Shown here piece by piece: positions 49,225-60,603 of a stretch of 64,000 nt of DNA (its first letter is position 1; each line of letters opens with the position of its first letter). This DNA is from Okamejei kenojei. Taxonomy: Eukaryota. The notes beneath the pieces were generated by a model, which saw only the letters and a program-made list of their open reading frames with translations, was not told where the DNA came from and did no database searches. The translations under genes and the position numbers were made by a program. The stretch is taken from NCBI GenBank assembly GCA_035221665.1, contig CM069156.1:29574001-29638000 (forward strand), given 5' to 3'.

Positions 49225-49425
49225 AATAATAAATGCTGGAGGAGATCAGCAGGCCAGGCAGCATCTGTGAAGGGAATGGATAGGTGATATTTTGGGTCAG
49301 TCTGAAGAAGGGTTCTGACCTGAAATGTCGCTTGCCCATTCCCTCCGCAGGTCCTGCCAGACCCATCGAGTTCCTCCATCACTCTGTGTTTTGCTCAAGA
49401 TTTGAGTATCCACAATTCCTTGTAC
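49225..49425. mobile_element. Fold-back Penelope-derived element
   Basis: TGCTGGAGGAGATCAGCAGGCCAGGCAGCATCTG...GGTGATATTTTGGGTC joined to AGTCTGAAGAAGGGTTCTGACCTGAAATGTC...GAGTTCCTCC. Confidence 0.75.
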
Positions 49426-49597
49426 CCCTTCACCCCACCCCCAAATTGCCAATTCAATTATTTTCTGAAAGCCTTAATTGCTTGTTTCCACTATCATTAC
49501 AGTGAGTTCCAGATCAAATCCGCCCAAGCCAAACAGGGCAATGTATGGGCTTTAACATGTCAACCTGGCTAACGAAGAAGACTCTGAGTGTCATATT

Positions 49598-49812
49598 TAG
49601 AGCCATACAGCACGGAAACAAGCCCTTCAACCCAACTTGCCCATACCAACCAAAATGCCCCATCTACACTAGTCCCACCTGCCCATGTTTGGCCCGTATC
49701 CCTCTAAACCTTTCCTATCCCTGGACATGTCCAAATTAAATTAAAAAAAGTTTTTGTATCGGGCCCAACTACCCCCTGTGGCTGCTCATTCCAGAAACCA
49801 CCACCCTCTGTC
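49598..49812 (-). mobile_element. CR1 (HER1-like) 3' end; second copy at ~50005-50140
   Basis: ATACAGCACGGAAACAAGCCCTTC...CTAGTCCCACCTGCC..GTTTGGCCC...CCACCCTCTG. Confidence 0.75.
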
Positions 49813-50689
49813 TGAAGATGGCAGAATAGACCTGGTTGTGATCAAGTCAGTCTTGCTGGAACTGCAGGAGGATGGGCAGAGGCAGTAGACACGAGGAAAG
49901 GTTTCATGCGACGGTTTAACAATTGACCACAATGTCTGTGTACGAAACCATCATAAGAATATGTCCAAAGAAACTAAACAAGGTATTGCCTCAATGGACA
50001 GACTCACACAGCGTGGAAACAGGCCCTTCGGCCCAACTTACCCATGCCAACCAACATGCCCCATTAACACTAGTCCCACCTGCCTGTGCTTAGCCCATAT
50101 CCCTATCCAATCTAGGTACCTATCTAAATGTTTCTTAAACTTGTAGAATTTCTTCACATCTGGACTACGCCTAAACTAAATGAGTGCAAGAATAGGCTGG
50201 ATGTTGGGGAAAGCTCTCTTTTCCTAGACAACAGTGAGTCTGAAATACAGCAACCGCTGGAGAGACTGCAAGAAAGAGTTGCACCAGTTCTTGCCTGGAG
50301 CAGAGATCACATCATGGGATGATTTTATATGCAACTTGGTGCATGTGGATGGGTTTCCATCGCCTGAGGGGCTCAGAAAGGGATTCTAATGTGTGCAGTG
50401 CAATCTCCACAGTTCAGGTCAGCTCTGGTCCACTGATTTCTTCTATTAAATTAGACAGTGACACCGAGCCAGTTGGTTTTTGCACAGAGCTAAAAACTGC
50501 TCCTAAATGTAGTGGTCACTGACACAAATGTGCTAACTTCATACCAATGGAAAAAGAGTGGCCAGTTGGCAAAATGGAGGTGTCATATTGCGGCAGAGGA
50601 CATGGTTCTTAGTTTAAATGGCCATCTAGCCCAGACCCTGATAAAACCCTACCTAGCCTCAGGCTTATAGAAATGGCTGCCCAGTCTCA

Positions 50690-50950
50690 GAGCTGGAAGA
50701 ACGGTCCCGACCCAAAACGTCACCTATCCATGTTGTACAAAGATATTGCCTGAGTTACTCCAGGACTTTACTTATTTTTTGTTGTAAACCAGCATCTGCA
50801 GTTCCTTGTTTCTACATCTCAGAGTTTGAGTCTCTGCTTGTTACATTACGTGTGGAGAAAACACAAAGTGCTGGAGCAACTCAGTGGGTCAGGCAGCATC
50901 TGTGGAGAAGACGGACAGATGATGTTTTGGGTCAGGGCCCTCCTTCACAT
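50690..50950. mobile_element. Two oppositely oriented Penelope-derived termini
   Basis: GAAGAACGGTCCCGACCCAAAACGTCACC...CCAGCATCTGCAGTTCC (+) and ACACAAAGTGCTGGAGCAACTCAG...TTTTGGGTCAGGGCCCTCCTTCA (-). Confidence 0.75.
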
Positions 50951-51169
50951 TACCTGTGGTACCCGATTGGGGGAAGATGGCTGTTCTCAGTTCAGTGTGA
51001 GGACATGTGTATTGACAAGTAATTGGAATGTATGAAATATTTGAATGCTAAAACAACAGAGTGGAAAAGCAGACTTTGGCTGGCCACGTTAGATTAAGCT
51101 AGTTCAACAATAGACTTCAATGGACTGAGTTGTCAAGCTCAATCGCTACCTGGCGAACATTGCCGGAAT

Positions 51170-51472
51170 ATGTGGCACTGTGGCGCAGTGTTAGATTTCG
51201 ATCCTAACCACAGGTGCTGTCTGTATGGAGTTTGTACGTTCTCCCTGTGACCACGTGGGTTTTCTCCAGGTGTCCCGGTTTCTTCCCACATTCAAAAGAT
51301 ATGCAGGTTAATTGGTTTCTGTAAATTTTAGGTTAGTTGGCTTTTGTAAATTGTCCCTAGTGTGTCGGATAGAACGAGTGTACGGGGTGTTTGTAGGTTG
51401 GCGCTTGTTGAGCCAAAGGGTGGACCAAGAGGCCTGTTTCCATGCTGTTTCTCTAAACTTAACTGAACTAAA
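51170..51472 (+). mobile_element. V-SINE
   Basis: GGCACTGTGGCGCAG...TTCGATCC...GGAGTTTGTACGTTCTCCCTGTGACC...GGCCTGTTTCCATGCTG..TCTCTAAAC. Confidence 0.85.
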
Positions 51473-51619
51473 AATGTAGCTGTTGATGCTGAACTAAGTC
51501 AGGATCAGGTTTGTTCAAAGTGAGGCACTGAAGCTTTCTAGTGTCTACCACTCACATTGTTACAATACCACGGGAAAGGACTCGGCTGTGGAGGGCCTGA
51601 AGGCTATATGCTATAGTCA

Positions 51620-52125
51620 CTCCTACACTAATCTCCCATCCCCGTCCCTTATTTCCCTTTTATCCCCCTTCTTTCCCCTCTCCCCTGTCCCGTTCCACTT
51701 ATATCCCTCCCTCCGGCTTAAGATTTCACTCCTCTTCTCTCCTTATCTGATAGCTATGTCTTCTTTGCACCTCTAACCTTTGTTACTTACTCCACTCCTC
51801 TGCCAATCAACCCCCTGTACTGGTACTCAACAGTCAACCAGCCAGACTTTCTCCCACCCCCACCTCTCTTTCCCAGCTTTTACCCTACCATAATCAATCT
51901 GCAGAAGGGTCCTGATCTGAAAGGTAGGCACAAAATGCTGGAGTAATTCAGCAGGACAGGCAGCATCTCTGAAGAGAAGGAATGGGTGACGTTTCAGGTC
52001 GAGACCCTTCTTCAGACCTGAAACATTGTCTGTCCATTCCCTCTGCAGATGCTGCCTGACCCACCGAGTTTCTTCATCGCTTTATGTTTTGCTCAGGATT
52101 CCAGCACCTGTGGTTCCTTGTGTCT
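51620..52125. mobile_element. Compound Penelope-derived element (plus-strand terminus with a nested inverted terminus)
   Basis: Pyrimidine-rich leader, CTGCAGAAGGGTCC, inverted copy at 51922-52017, then GAAACATTGTC...CCAGCACCTG. Confidence 0.75.
51988..52017 (-). ncRNA. Minimal hammerhead ribozyme motif (Penelope-type)
   Basis: Minus strand gtCTGAAGA A GGGT CTCG ACCT GAAAC GTC; core intact, G-U pair at the base of stem II. Confidence 0.5.
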
Positions 52126-53164
52126 GCCATGGTCTCTGTATATGAGACCACCTCAAGGGCATGTATGGGTCTAAGGACTGAGTACTGGGTCAATGCACTT
52201 GTAGAATTTCTCCACTATGGAATATCCTGAAGTTCGGCAAGGCCTTATGTATCGATGCAAAACCCTGGCACTATCTCCAAGAGAAGAGGAAGCCAGAGGT
52301 ATCACCAAGGAGAGCTGATTCCCAAAGATTTTCTTCTTGAAAAGAACAGTTTATCTTGAAAGTGATCTTACCTACGCCATTTTAACATTGTAGTCAGGAA
52401 ATAATTTTTAATGAGGGGTTTGTGAAAAGCTGAAACGTTGATCCTCACACAGTTGTGAGTGGAGTTTATTTTTATATACGACTGAGATTGATACAATTTC
52501 ACTGGGCGCGTGTGTCCATTGGGAGAATGAGGCAACAGTCCTGATCAGCCTGGAATTGAGACTAAATAGCCTGCTCCTAATGGGAAACATCATGCGAGAA
52601 GCCTTTGGAGGAATACAAATATTATTCTGCTCCTCCCATTCTCTCAGCCCCTGATCTAATTTAAAAATATGCCCCAAATCCCAATCACCACAGTGGCCAA
52701 GCTGTTAATGAATTGTTACCAAGTACCACCAATATAATCACAGAGCACAGCTCTGTCGACTCATCGCTTTGTGCTTATCATTGGAGCTAAGTAAAATATT
52801 TGAAAATGATTTCTGCTCAGTTCATTTAATTTCAAACTGCTTTCTGCGACAATGAATAACGTTATATTACAGTATCTAAAGAACACTGCAACAATGTAAT
52901 GGATATCAGGCAACAGTCTGATGGGCTTTGTGCCTGTACCTGAATCTAATGGATGATAATTGCTTATTTATGGAAGTCCTCTTGACTGCAGATCCATTAT
53001 TGAAGCTCAGAGCATGTGTTTCATTGCATTATTTCACATAACGATGATTAAATGGCCAGATCTGTGGTAAATGTCAGTACACACAGTTCCTTTTGTTTCC
53101 TAATTCTTTTCTTCCCAAATGTCCTCCTATTTCTGTATGTCATCCTGGGCAGCTGTCTTTAAAT

Positions 53165-53432
53165 TGCTTGAACGATACAGCATGGAATCAGGCCCTTTGT
53201 CCCAACCGAGTCCGTGCCGGCCACTGATCACCCGTTCACACTGGTCCCTTGTTATTCCACTTTTGTATCCACTCCCTACTCACACGGGGTTATTTTACAG
53301 AGTTCAATGAACCCTATGTTTTTGGGATGTGGGAGGAAACCGGAGCACCCGGGGGAAACCCAAGTGGTCATAGAGAGAACGTGCAAACTCCACACAGACA
53401 ACACCAGAGTTCAGGATCGAACCCGGGTTGCC
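53165..53432 (-). mobile_element. V-SINE
   Basis: GATACAGCATGGAA..AGGCCC...GGGAGGAAACCGGAGCACCCGG...CAAACTCCACACAGAC...CAGGATCGAACCCGGG. Confidence 0.85.
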
Positions 53433-53584
53433 ACCACTTTTCTCCCCAACACGATGCTCAGTCGGGGAGAAAGTCCAGCAGTAATTCTAAGTTCACTGTA
53501 CAGCATCCCATCCCCTGTTCCTTTCCAACTGCAGAATACCTTCCAGTTCCACAATCTAACGACTCATCCAGAAATTAATACAAT

Positions 53585-53920
53585 TATTCATAGAGGCATA
53601 GATCGCGTAGCTGCATAGAGTCTCTTGCCCGGAGGAGGGGAATCAAGAACCAGAGGGCATGGGTTTCAGGTGAGGGGGGGAAGATTTAGTAGGAATCTGA
53701 GGGGTAAGTTTTTCACACAGAGGGTGGTGGGTATATTGAACAAGCTGCCGGAAGAGGTAGTTGAGGCAGGTAGTATCGCAGTGTTTAAGAAAAATATGGA
53801 CAGGCACATGGATAGGACAGGTTTAGAGGATTAGGGGCTAAACGCAAGCAGGTGGGACTAGTGTAGCTGGGACATGTTGGTTGGTGTGGGCAAATGGCCT
53901 GACTCTCTGTGACTGTATGT
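53585..53920 (+). mobile_element. CR1 3' fragment
   Basis: ESRTRGHGFQVRGGRFSRNLRGKFFTQRVVGILNKLPEEVVEAG. Confidence 0.88.
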
Positions 53921-54587
53921 AGTTGCACTCCTGAATTCCTCTGCTCGACTACACTTCCCAGGGCCCGACTGTTCACCATGAAGGTCCTGTCCGTAAGCAG
54001 CGCCAACATATGGCGACTGCATTTGTGGGTTGTGCAAAAGAATTTCACTGTGCTGAGCATACGTGGCAATAAGGAACCATTGAGGCTGGTTTGACTTCTG
54101 AAAATCTCACATTAACTTTACACTCACAAGGCCTCACACTGATCTGAATGAAACTCCATCTGCTCAGACCCACTCTTCAGCACCAGGGGTTAATATATGA
54201 GCCACCACCTTGACTCACCTGTGTTTTCCTCATCCTCCTGGCGGGTTGGTGGGTTTCGTGGTTGACGGTCCACGGGCCGAGCGACTGGTTGGCGTAAAAA
54301 TCCATGGGGTACCGCTGCTGCCAATCGACCTTCTTGAGAGCCACAGCTGCCTAAGAGCGAGAAGCCCAGAACACAGTGAGGTGTTTTGACCAGGGAAGGC
54401 ACATGGTCAAAAAAAAAAAAATCAAAGATCGCTTGCCACCTCTTGACAGTCCATCTGATCCTCAGACCCAGCCTACCTGCCCCTGGTGTTCGGTGTATGA
54501 TGATTGCACCAAAGTATGGTGTAATCTGTCTGGATAGCACACAGAACAAAATGTTTCACTTTATCCCACTACACAGGGCTGCATAAT

Positions 54588-54875
54588 AGTACAGCTGGTA
54601 GATGTGCTACCTGTGCCAGAGACTTTGGTTCGATCCCGACCTCAGGTGCTGTCTGTGTGGGGTTTGCATGTTCTCCCGATGAAAATGTGGGTTTCCTCAA
54701 GTTTCCTCCTACATCCCAAAGATGTACGGGTTTGTAGGTTAATTAGCCTATGTAAATTTCCCCTGGTGTTAGGGAGTGGATGTAAAGGTGGGATGACATA
54801 GAACTAGTGTGAATGGGTGACTGATGGTTGGCCAAAGGGCCTGATTCTGTGCCGTATCTTTCAATCAATCAATAA
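54588..54875 (+). mobile_element. V-SINE
   Basis: GGTTCGATCCCGACC..GGTGCTGTCTGTGTGG...GTTTGTAGGTTAATT...AAGGGCCTG; tail (CAAT)n. Confidence 0.8.
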
Positions 54876-55191
54876 ACCAATACCAGATGCCAAAGCAGAA
54901 AGCACTGGAGTAACTCAGCATCTGTGGGGGGAATGGACAAGTGATGTTTGGGTTGGGGTCTTTCTTTGTACTCAGAATTCTACCATTTGCTGTTCCTTCT
55001 GTCCCTATAAATGGGCACCTGTTTGTGAGCTTCTATGAATGGTGATCCCAGCAGGCCCAACGCATGTGGCAGTCGCACAGAATCCAAAGCACCCGCCTGT
55101 GTTAGGCTTGTGCCAAATATAAATGCCTCACGTGGGCTTCACCAAACAGTGAACTACGCCTCTGTCCTGGTGAAACTTGTCCTGGTGAGAC

Positions 55192-55492
55192 GGGCGTCAC
55201 GGTGGCGCAGCGGTTGAGTTGCTGCCTTACAGTGCCAGACACCTGGGTTTGATCATGACTACGGGTGCTGTCTGTACGGAGCTTGTACATTCTCCCTGTG
55301 ACCTGCGTGGGTTTTCTCCGAGATCTCGGTTTCCACCCACGCTCCAAAGAATTACAGGTTTGGAGGTTAATTGGCTTGGTCTAATCGTAAATTGTCCTGA
55401 GTGTGTGTAGGATAGTGTTAGTATGCGGGGATCGCTGGTCGGCGCGGACTTGGTGGGCCGAAGGGCCTGTATCCTCGCTGTATCTCTAAACT
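55192..55492 (+). mobile_element. V-SINE, full length
   Basis: GGGCGTCACGGTGGCGCAGCGGTTGAGTTGCTGCCTTACAG...GGTGGGCCGAAGGGCCTG...TATCTCTAAAC. Confidence 0.9.
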
Positions 55493-56030
55493 ATCTTTGG
55501 TTCCTGCTGCTCTCTCTGTCTCAGTTACCAGATGAGGACTGGGACTGTTGTGAGATATGATGTGAACTAATGATGCCAAGGATTTGTGATGCTTATCTGA
55601 CTGGATCAAGACTTCCTGTTTGACCTTTATTTTTTAAGCAGTGCAGGCAATAGATATAATGAATGTACCTGGATTCATGCCGAATTTCTTTCACAGATAG
55701 CCTTCTGCTGAATAATGATATAATTAATCTTTTTATTTCATTTCCTCTATTTGTGCGGTTAAAGCTTAATTATCAATTGTTTGTTACAAATTACAACGGT
55801 GTTCCATCCCTCCATGTTATTTGTCAATCGATGCTCTGTTTGCCGATTGATATCATGAGGCAGTATGGCATTCAATCTTTTGTTGGCATTTGTTAGTCTC
55901 TCGGTGACTTTAAAAAAAAACAAACATGTTTCATTCCCTCATGGTACCCCTGTGTAAAATGCCACAACACGTTCTCACCTGCTCTTGCCCTTTCACCACT
56001 GTCCGCAAGAGGCCTGCAGGCAGTACTCTG

Positions 56031-56044
56031 GTCACCATGGCAAC
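56031..56044. promoter_or_regulatory. RFX X-box motif
   Basis: GTCACCATGGCAAC, near-consensus X-box in non-repeat-looking sequence; motif match only. Confidence 0.3.
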
Positions 56045-57562
56045 AATGGAGGCCTCAGGCTGCATCTTGGCGTAAGAACTGGGAATGGCTGGGGAAAGTG
56101 GCCATCATGGCTAGCAATGTGCCCAAACTCAATGGGCAACATGGACTGACAGGGAGGCTCTCAATGTCCCTTCCCGATCGTAATCTCCAACTCAAGACGC
56201 TGTTCTTTTCATCATTTGGTCCGGGTACAAGTAAACACAGTCAGTTGTTCATTAAAAGGTCCAAGAGGTGGAGTGGTGAAAGGAGCTGGGTGTGTCCATG
56301 GAGTCTTCATCGCAGTACCTCTGAATGCCGTGCCTTGCTATTCTCACCGATTTCCTGATTGCCTGATTTTCCATGGCAGTGAAGCCTCGCTTTAAAGAGA
56401 ACAGTTCTGGAAGTGTTGGCGGGCATGGTCAGAAGGGATTACTCCTGGTTCCATGGCCAGGATATAGCCTGAGACCTCCAGTGCTATATTCCTACAGATG
56501 CTGTTCCGGTTTAATCTCGGTTCAAGGTTTGATGCCTGACTTATGGACGCCCCTACACATGAACAAGCTCCCATTGTATTATTAAATTCAAAACCCCAAC
56601 GTACGTACATACGCTTGTCCCTACAAATGGCAGAACTAGTTTTCTCTCTCTCTCCACTGCTGGTAATTGTTCTAACAGCATTGTGTGCTTTTAATGCTCT
56701 GCGTTACGACACCCTGGAGGTATGGTTATCACACCGAGTGATTTTGTGCACTTTCCGACTGATGAATAAAACCAACATAAGGATGCCTGCAAAGATGGAA
56801 CCTGTTTGTTACCCGGGCACGGCTTGTAGTTCCTTCCATGGCTCAAACAACTTCACAACCCATGGAGCACTAACAGAGGCTTTACGGGAGGCAGGGATGA
56901 GGTTGAAGGAAATGGGTGCATGGGTGGGATATACAGCCCTTAGAGCCAGTTCTGCCATTCATCAACATGATGAGTGATCTTTTACCTCAGCAGTTACTCA
57001 TGCGATGTAGCTATGCAGCAGACAAACTGCACAAAGACTCGGCCCACACCAAATGGAATGTAAGCTGGTGCTGATCTTTCTTCTGATCTTTTTTCCAAGT
57101 AATAGATGGGAATGTTCAAACACAGAAAAACTTGCCTCCTGCTGATTTGTCTCGCAGCTAAACTTGCAATAGTGTCTTAAATAGATGTATTTAATACTTG
57201 GAGACTCTGGGCTGATGCTGGAGGAGTACCATCCTTTGTGGGAATGTCAGGGTTGATACAAGCTCGTCACCCTTTAATATTTTTAAATGTGACTATAAAT
57301 CTCAAAAGTCTCAAGAGAACAAGCAGGGAAATAGCACAGAGAAGATTACAGTGCCTTCTTTCCTCACAGACACAGGGGTGGAGCTAAGGGACAATGTAGT
57401 TGAATACATGGAAGTGTGAGTGAGTGAGTGTGAGTGAGTGAAGATGAGTGTGCGTTTATAAGATCTGGTCAATGATCAGTACCCTCTTAGTCACTTGGAT
57501 GAAGTGATGGCAGATGGTTGCTGGCAATGACCATGCAGCCTTTACGGGAGACGGGGATGTGG

Positions 57563-59105
57563 TCATAAGAAATAAGCGCAGGGGGGGTGGGCCATCCAGC
57601 CCTTCGAGCCTGTTCTGCCATTCATCAACATCATGAGTGATATTTTAACCCCGGCAGTATCCCCATTTCTCTCAATTCCTTTCATCTCCAGAAGTCCACT
57701 GTCTCTGTACAAATGAACTCAATGCTTGAACCACCACAGCTTTCTGGGCTGGAAAATCCTAGAGATTCTCTGCCTCTGAGTAAGGAGATTTCTCCTCATC
57801 TAAACGTCCCACCATTTAGTCCGAGACTGTGACCCTCACACTGAGGAAACATCCTCCCTGCATCCAACCTATTAGGATATGCAACAATTATATATGTATC
57901 TAAAAGACCTCGACTTGTTCTTGGAGAACACAGGACTGGTCTATTCAATTTCTCCTTATGCTGAAAACCTGTCTTCCCAGGACAAGTCTGGTGAATCTTT
58001 GCTGCACTAATTGTATGGCAAGTACATCCATCCTTAAGGGGCTGTCCCACTTGGGTGACCTAATTGGCGAGTATAGAAGAGTTTAAAACAATGGCATGTT
58101 GAAGACCTTCTTCGACTATGTAGAAGACCGCCTTCGACCTCCTTCGACTATGTTGAAGACTAACTATGACTAACGTCGGGAAAATTGGACACCGAATAGC
58201 GGAGAGTGAAGACGACCCCCTTCGATCTCCCTTCGACTATGATGAAGACCATCTACGGCTACCTTCGACTACCTGTGAGTAACATGGCGACCTACTACGA
58301 CTAAACCTACGAGTAAAAAAATTATCGATTTTTTCCACAGCGACCTTTTTATACTCGCAGGCATTTTTTATCATATTGAAAAAAACGCCACGACCTAGCT
58401 GAGGCCTTGAGTATGCGGAGACCACTCTCGAGCACGAAGGAGAGTTACGAAGACCTCCCACGACCTTGTGTCGACCATGCTGCGAGTATGAGTCGAGGCC
58501 AAACTCGCCAATTACGTCGCCCAAGTGGGACAGGCCCTTTAGGTAAGGAAATCAAACTCTACACAATGTTCCATTTTACATCTCATCAAAGCCCTATACA
58601 ATAATTGATCTAGGATTAGTGTAAATGGGTGTTTGATGGTCCGCAGCGACTCAGTGGGCTGATGGGCTTGTTTTCGTGCTGTACGTCTCTTTATGAATCT
58701 ATGACGAACAGCGGTAAGTCTTACCACGGTTCAAATCCCCTCAAAATAAAGGCAAATAGGCCACTTGCCTTCCTCACTGCTTGTTACATCTTTTTGTTAA
58801 CTTTGTGTGACTTGTGTAATGATCATGCCCAGGCCACTTTGAACAAGAATTCCATCTGCTCCCTCATCATTTAAAAACACTCTGTATTTAAGTTTGACAC
58901 ATCAAAGTTGATGACCTTATGATTTCCCATTTAGTGTTCCATCTGCCACATACTTGCCCTCTCACTTAGTTGACATTATCCCTTTGAAGCCTCTTTACAT
59001 CTTCCACCTAACATAACAATCCCTGTTATTTTATATCACCAACAAACTTGCAACTATGACATTTGGTTCACAAGGCCAAATCGCAGTTATGGATTGTGAA
59101 TAGCT
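57563..59105 (-). mobile_element. Old CR1 LINE remnant interrupted by a Harbinger MITE and a SINE tail
   Basis: 3' tail at ~57565-57640; minus-strand NRLDAGRMFP; AAGGCAAATAGGCCACTTGCCTTCC; TCCATCTGCCAC...TCACCAACAAACTTG. Confidence 0.7.
58037..58538. mobile_element. PIF/Harbinger-type MITE (502 bp)
   Basis: ~37-bp TIRs AGGGGCTGTCCCACTTGGGTGACCTAATTGGCGAGT / ACTCGCCAATTACGTCGCCCAAGTGGGACAGGCCCT; TTA TSD (58034-36, 58539-41); internal (CTTCGAC..GAAGAC) repeats. Confidence 0.9.
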
Positions 59106-59421
59106 GCATGGTTAAAGCAATGGAGCTGAATCTGACTCCCACCTTGAAATGAATCCTTCCAGGAATAAGCAGCAGCTGCTGATTGATTATATGCCTCTTG
59201 CCATTGTGGTTCAAAAGCCTCGTGCACACAGAAGAACTGAGCTATAAGACTCTATTGATATTCTTCACTCTCACAAGATGTCTCAGATTGGTGATCTGGC
59301 TAAGGTCCCGATAGCTTCACAACACAAAATGGTCTCCCCGTATCTGTGACCTCACCTGTGCTCTGATCCACAGCCATCTCATTGACACAAGTTGCAAATC
59401 CCAAAGTGAATTCCCACACCA

Positions 59422-59721
59422 GTGTTGCTGCCTCACAGAACCTTCAGCGCCAGAGACCCGGGTTCGATCCCGACTACGGATGCTGTATGTACTGAGTTTG
59501 TACATTCTCCCCGTGACCTCGTGGGTTTTCTCTGAGATCTTCGGTTTCCTCCCACACTCCAAAGACGTACAGGTATGTAGGTTAATTGGCTTGGTGTAGA
59601 TGTAAATTGTCCCTAGCGTGTGTAGGATAGTGTTAATGTGCGGAGGTCGCTGGTCGGCACAGACTCGGTGGGCCGAAGGGCCTGTTTCCTCGCTGGATCT
59701 CTAAACTAAACTAAACTAAAC
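59422..59721 (+). mobile_element. V-SINE, young-looking
   Basis: CAGCGCCAGAGACCCGGGTTCGATCCCGACTACGG...GACTCGGTGGGCCGAAGGGCCTG; tail (CTAAA)4. Confidence 0.92.
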
Positions 59722-59764
59722 TCTAGGAATTGTGGACGACATTCAGCCGATTGAACCTGTGCTG

Positions 59765-59960
59765 GTGTGTAGGAAGGAACTGCAGATGCTTGTTTAAACT
59801 GAAGATAGACACAAAAAGCTGGAGTAACTCAGCAGGACAGGCAGTATCTCTGGAGAGAAAGAATGGGTGACGTTTCAGGTTGAGACCTTTCAGGTTCAGT
59901 CTGATGAAGGGTCTCGACCTGAAATGTCTCCCAATCCTTCTCTCCAGAGATGCTGCCAGT
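59765..59960. mobile_element. Fold-back Penelope-derived element
   Basis: Minus-strand terminus 59765-59892 joined to plus-strand GTCTGATGAAGGGTCTCGACCTGAAATGTC...AGAGATGCTGCC. Confidence 0.85.
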
Positions 59961-60074
59961 TCCGGGGAATCTGTGGTGCTTCTTTGTCGAGCAATTCTGT
60001 CACCCATTGAAGGCCCTGCTCTTTCACGGTAAGTATGCCCTTTATTTTCACTCAAGTTTTGATTGTTGACCTAC

Positions 60075-60335
60075 GCAGCAAGGCCCACCAATCAATATTA
60101 ACCATTGGTCTACTGTGCACACTAGTTCTACATTACCCCACTTTCACATCCACACCCTGCACACTGGGGGCAATTTGCAGAGGCCAATTAACCTACAAGC
60201 CCACACGTCTTTGGGATATGGGAGGAAACCGGGAGAACGTGCAAACTCCACACAAATAACATTGGAGGTCAGGATTGAACTCCAGTCTCTGGGGCTGAGA
60301 AAGCAGCTCTACAGCTGTGCCACTGTGCCACCCTA
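60075..60335 (-). mobile_element. V-SINE
   Basis: ACTAGTTCTA...GAGGCCAATTAACCTACAAG...GCAAACTCCACAC...GCAGCTCTAC..CTGTGCCAC. Confidence 0.8.
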
Positions 60336-60603
60336 AAGTGACGATCCATCTCCCGTTTGAAAACTCTGATTCTTTCTGTTTCCACCAGCCCTATAGGCAA
60401 TTCATTAGCTTGGCACCTACCTCGTATGGTGTGAGCAGAGGTTTGGAAAAAGCTTTTCCCCAGTCGATGGAAAGTCTTGGACAGGCAACCTGGACCCACC
60501 TAGATGGAGCACACAAATCCACATCGATTAAGAACTTGTCAGCAGAACAGTCATACATTCAAACAGCATACAACAACTTTAATTCAAATGTTTAAGAAAT
60601 TTC

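Noticed and set aside
56380-56500. Possible ancient RTE remnant on the minus strand
   Set aside because: Only a vague resemblance; no diagnostic motif.
59345-59390. RWLWIR peptide resembling the Hero motif
   Set aside because: Flanking residues do not match the Hero C-terminus seen at 4513-4720; probably chance.
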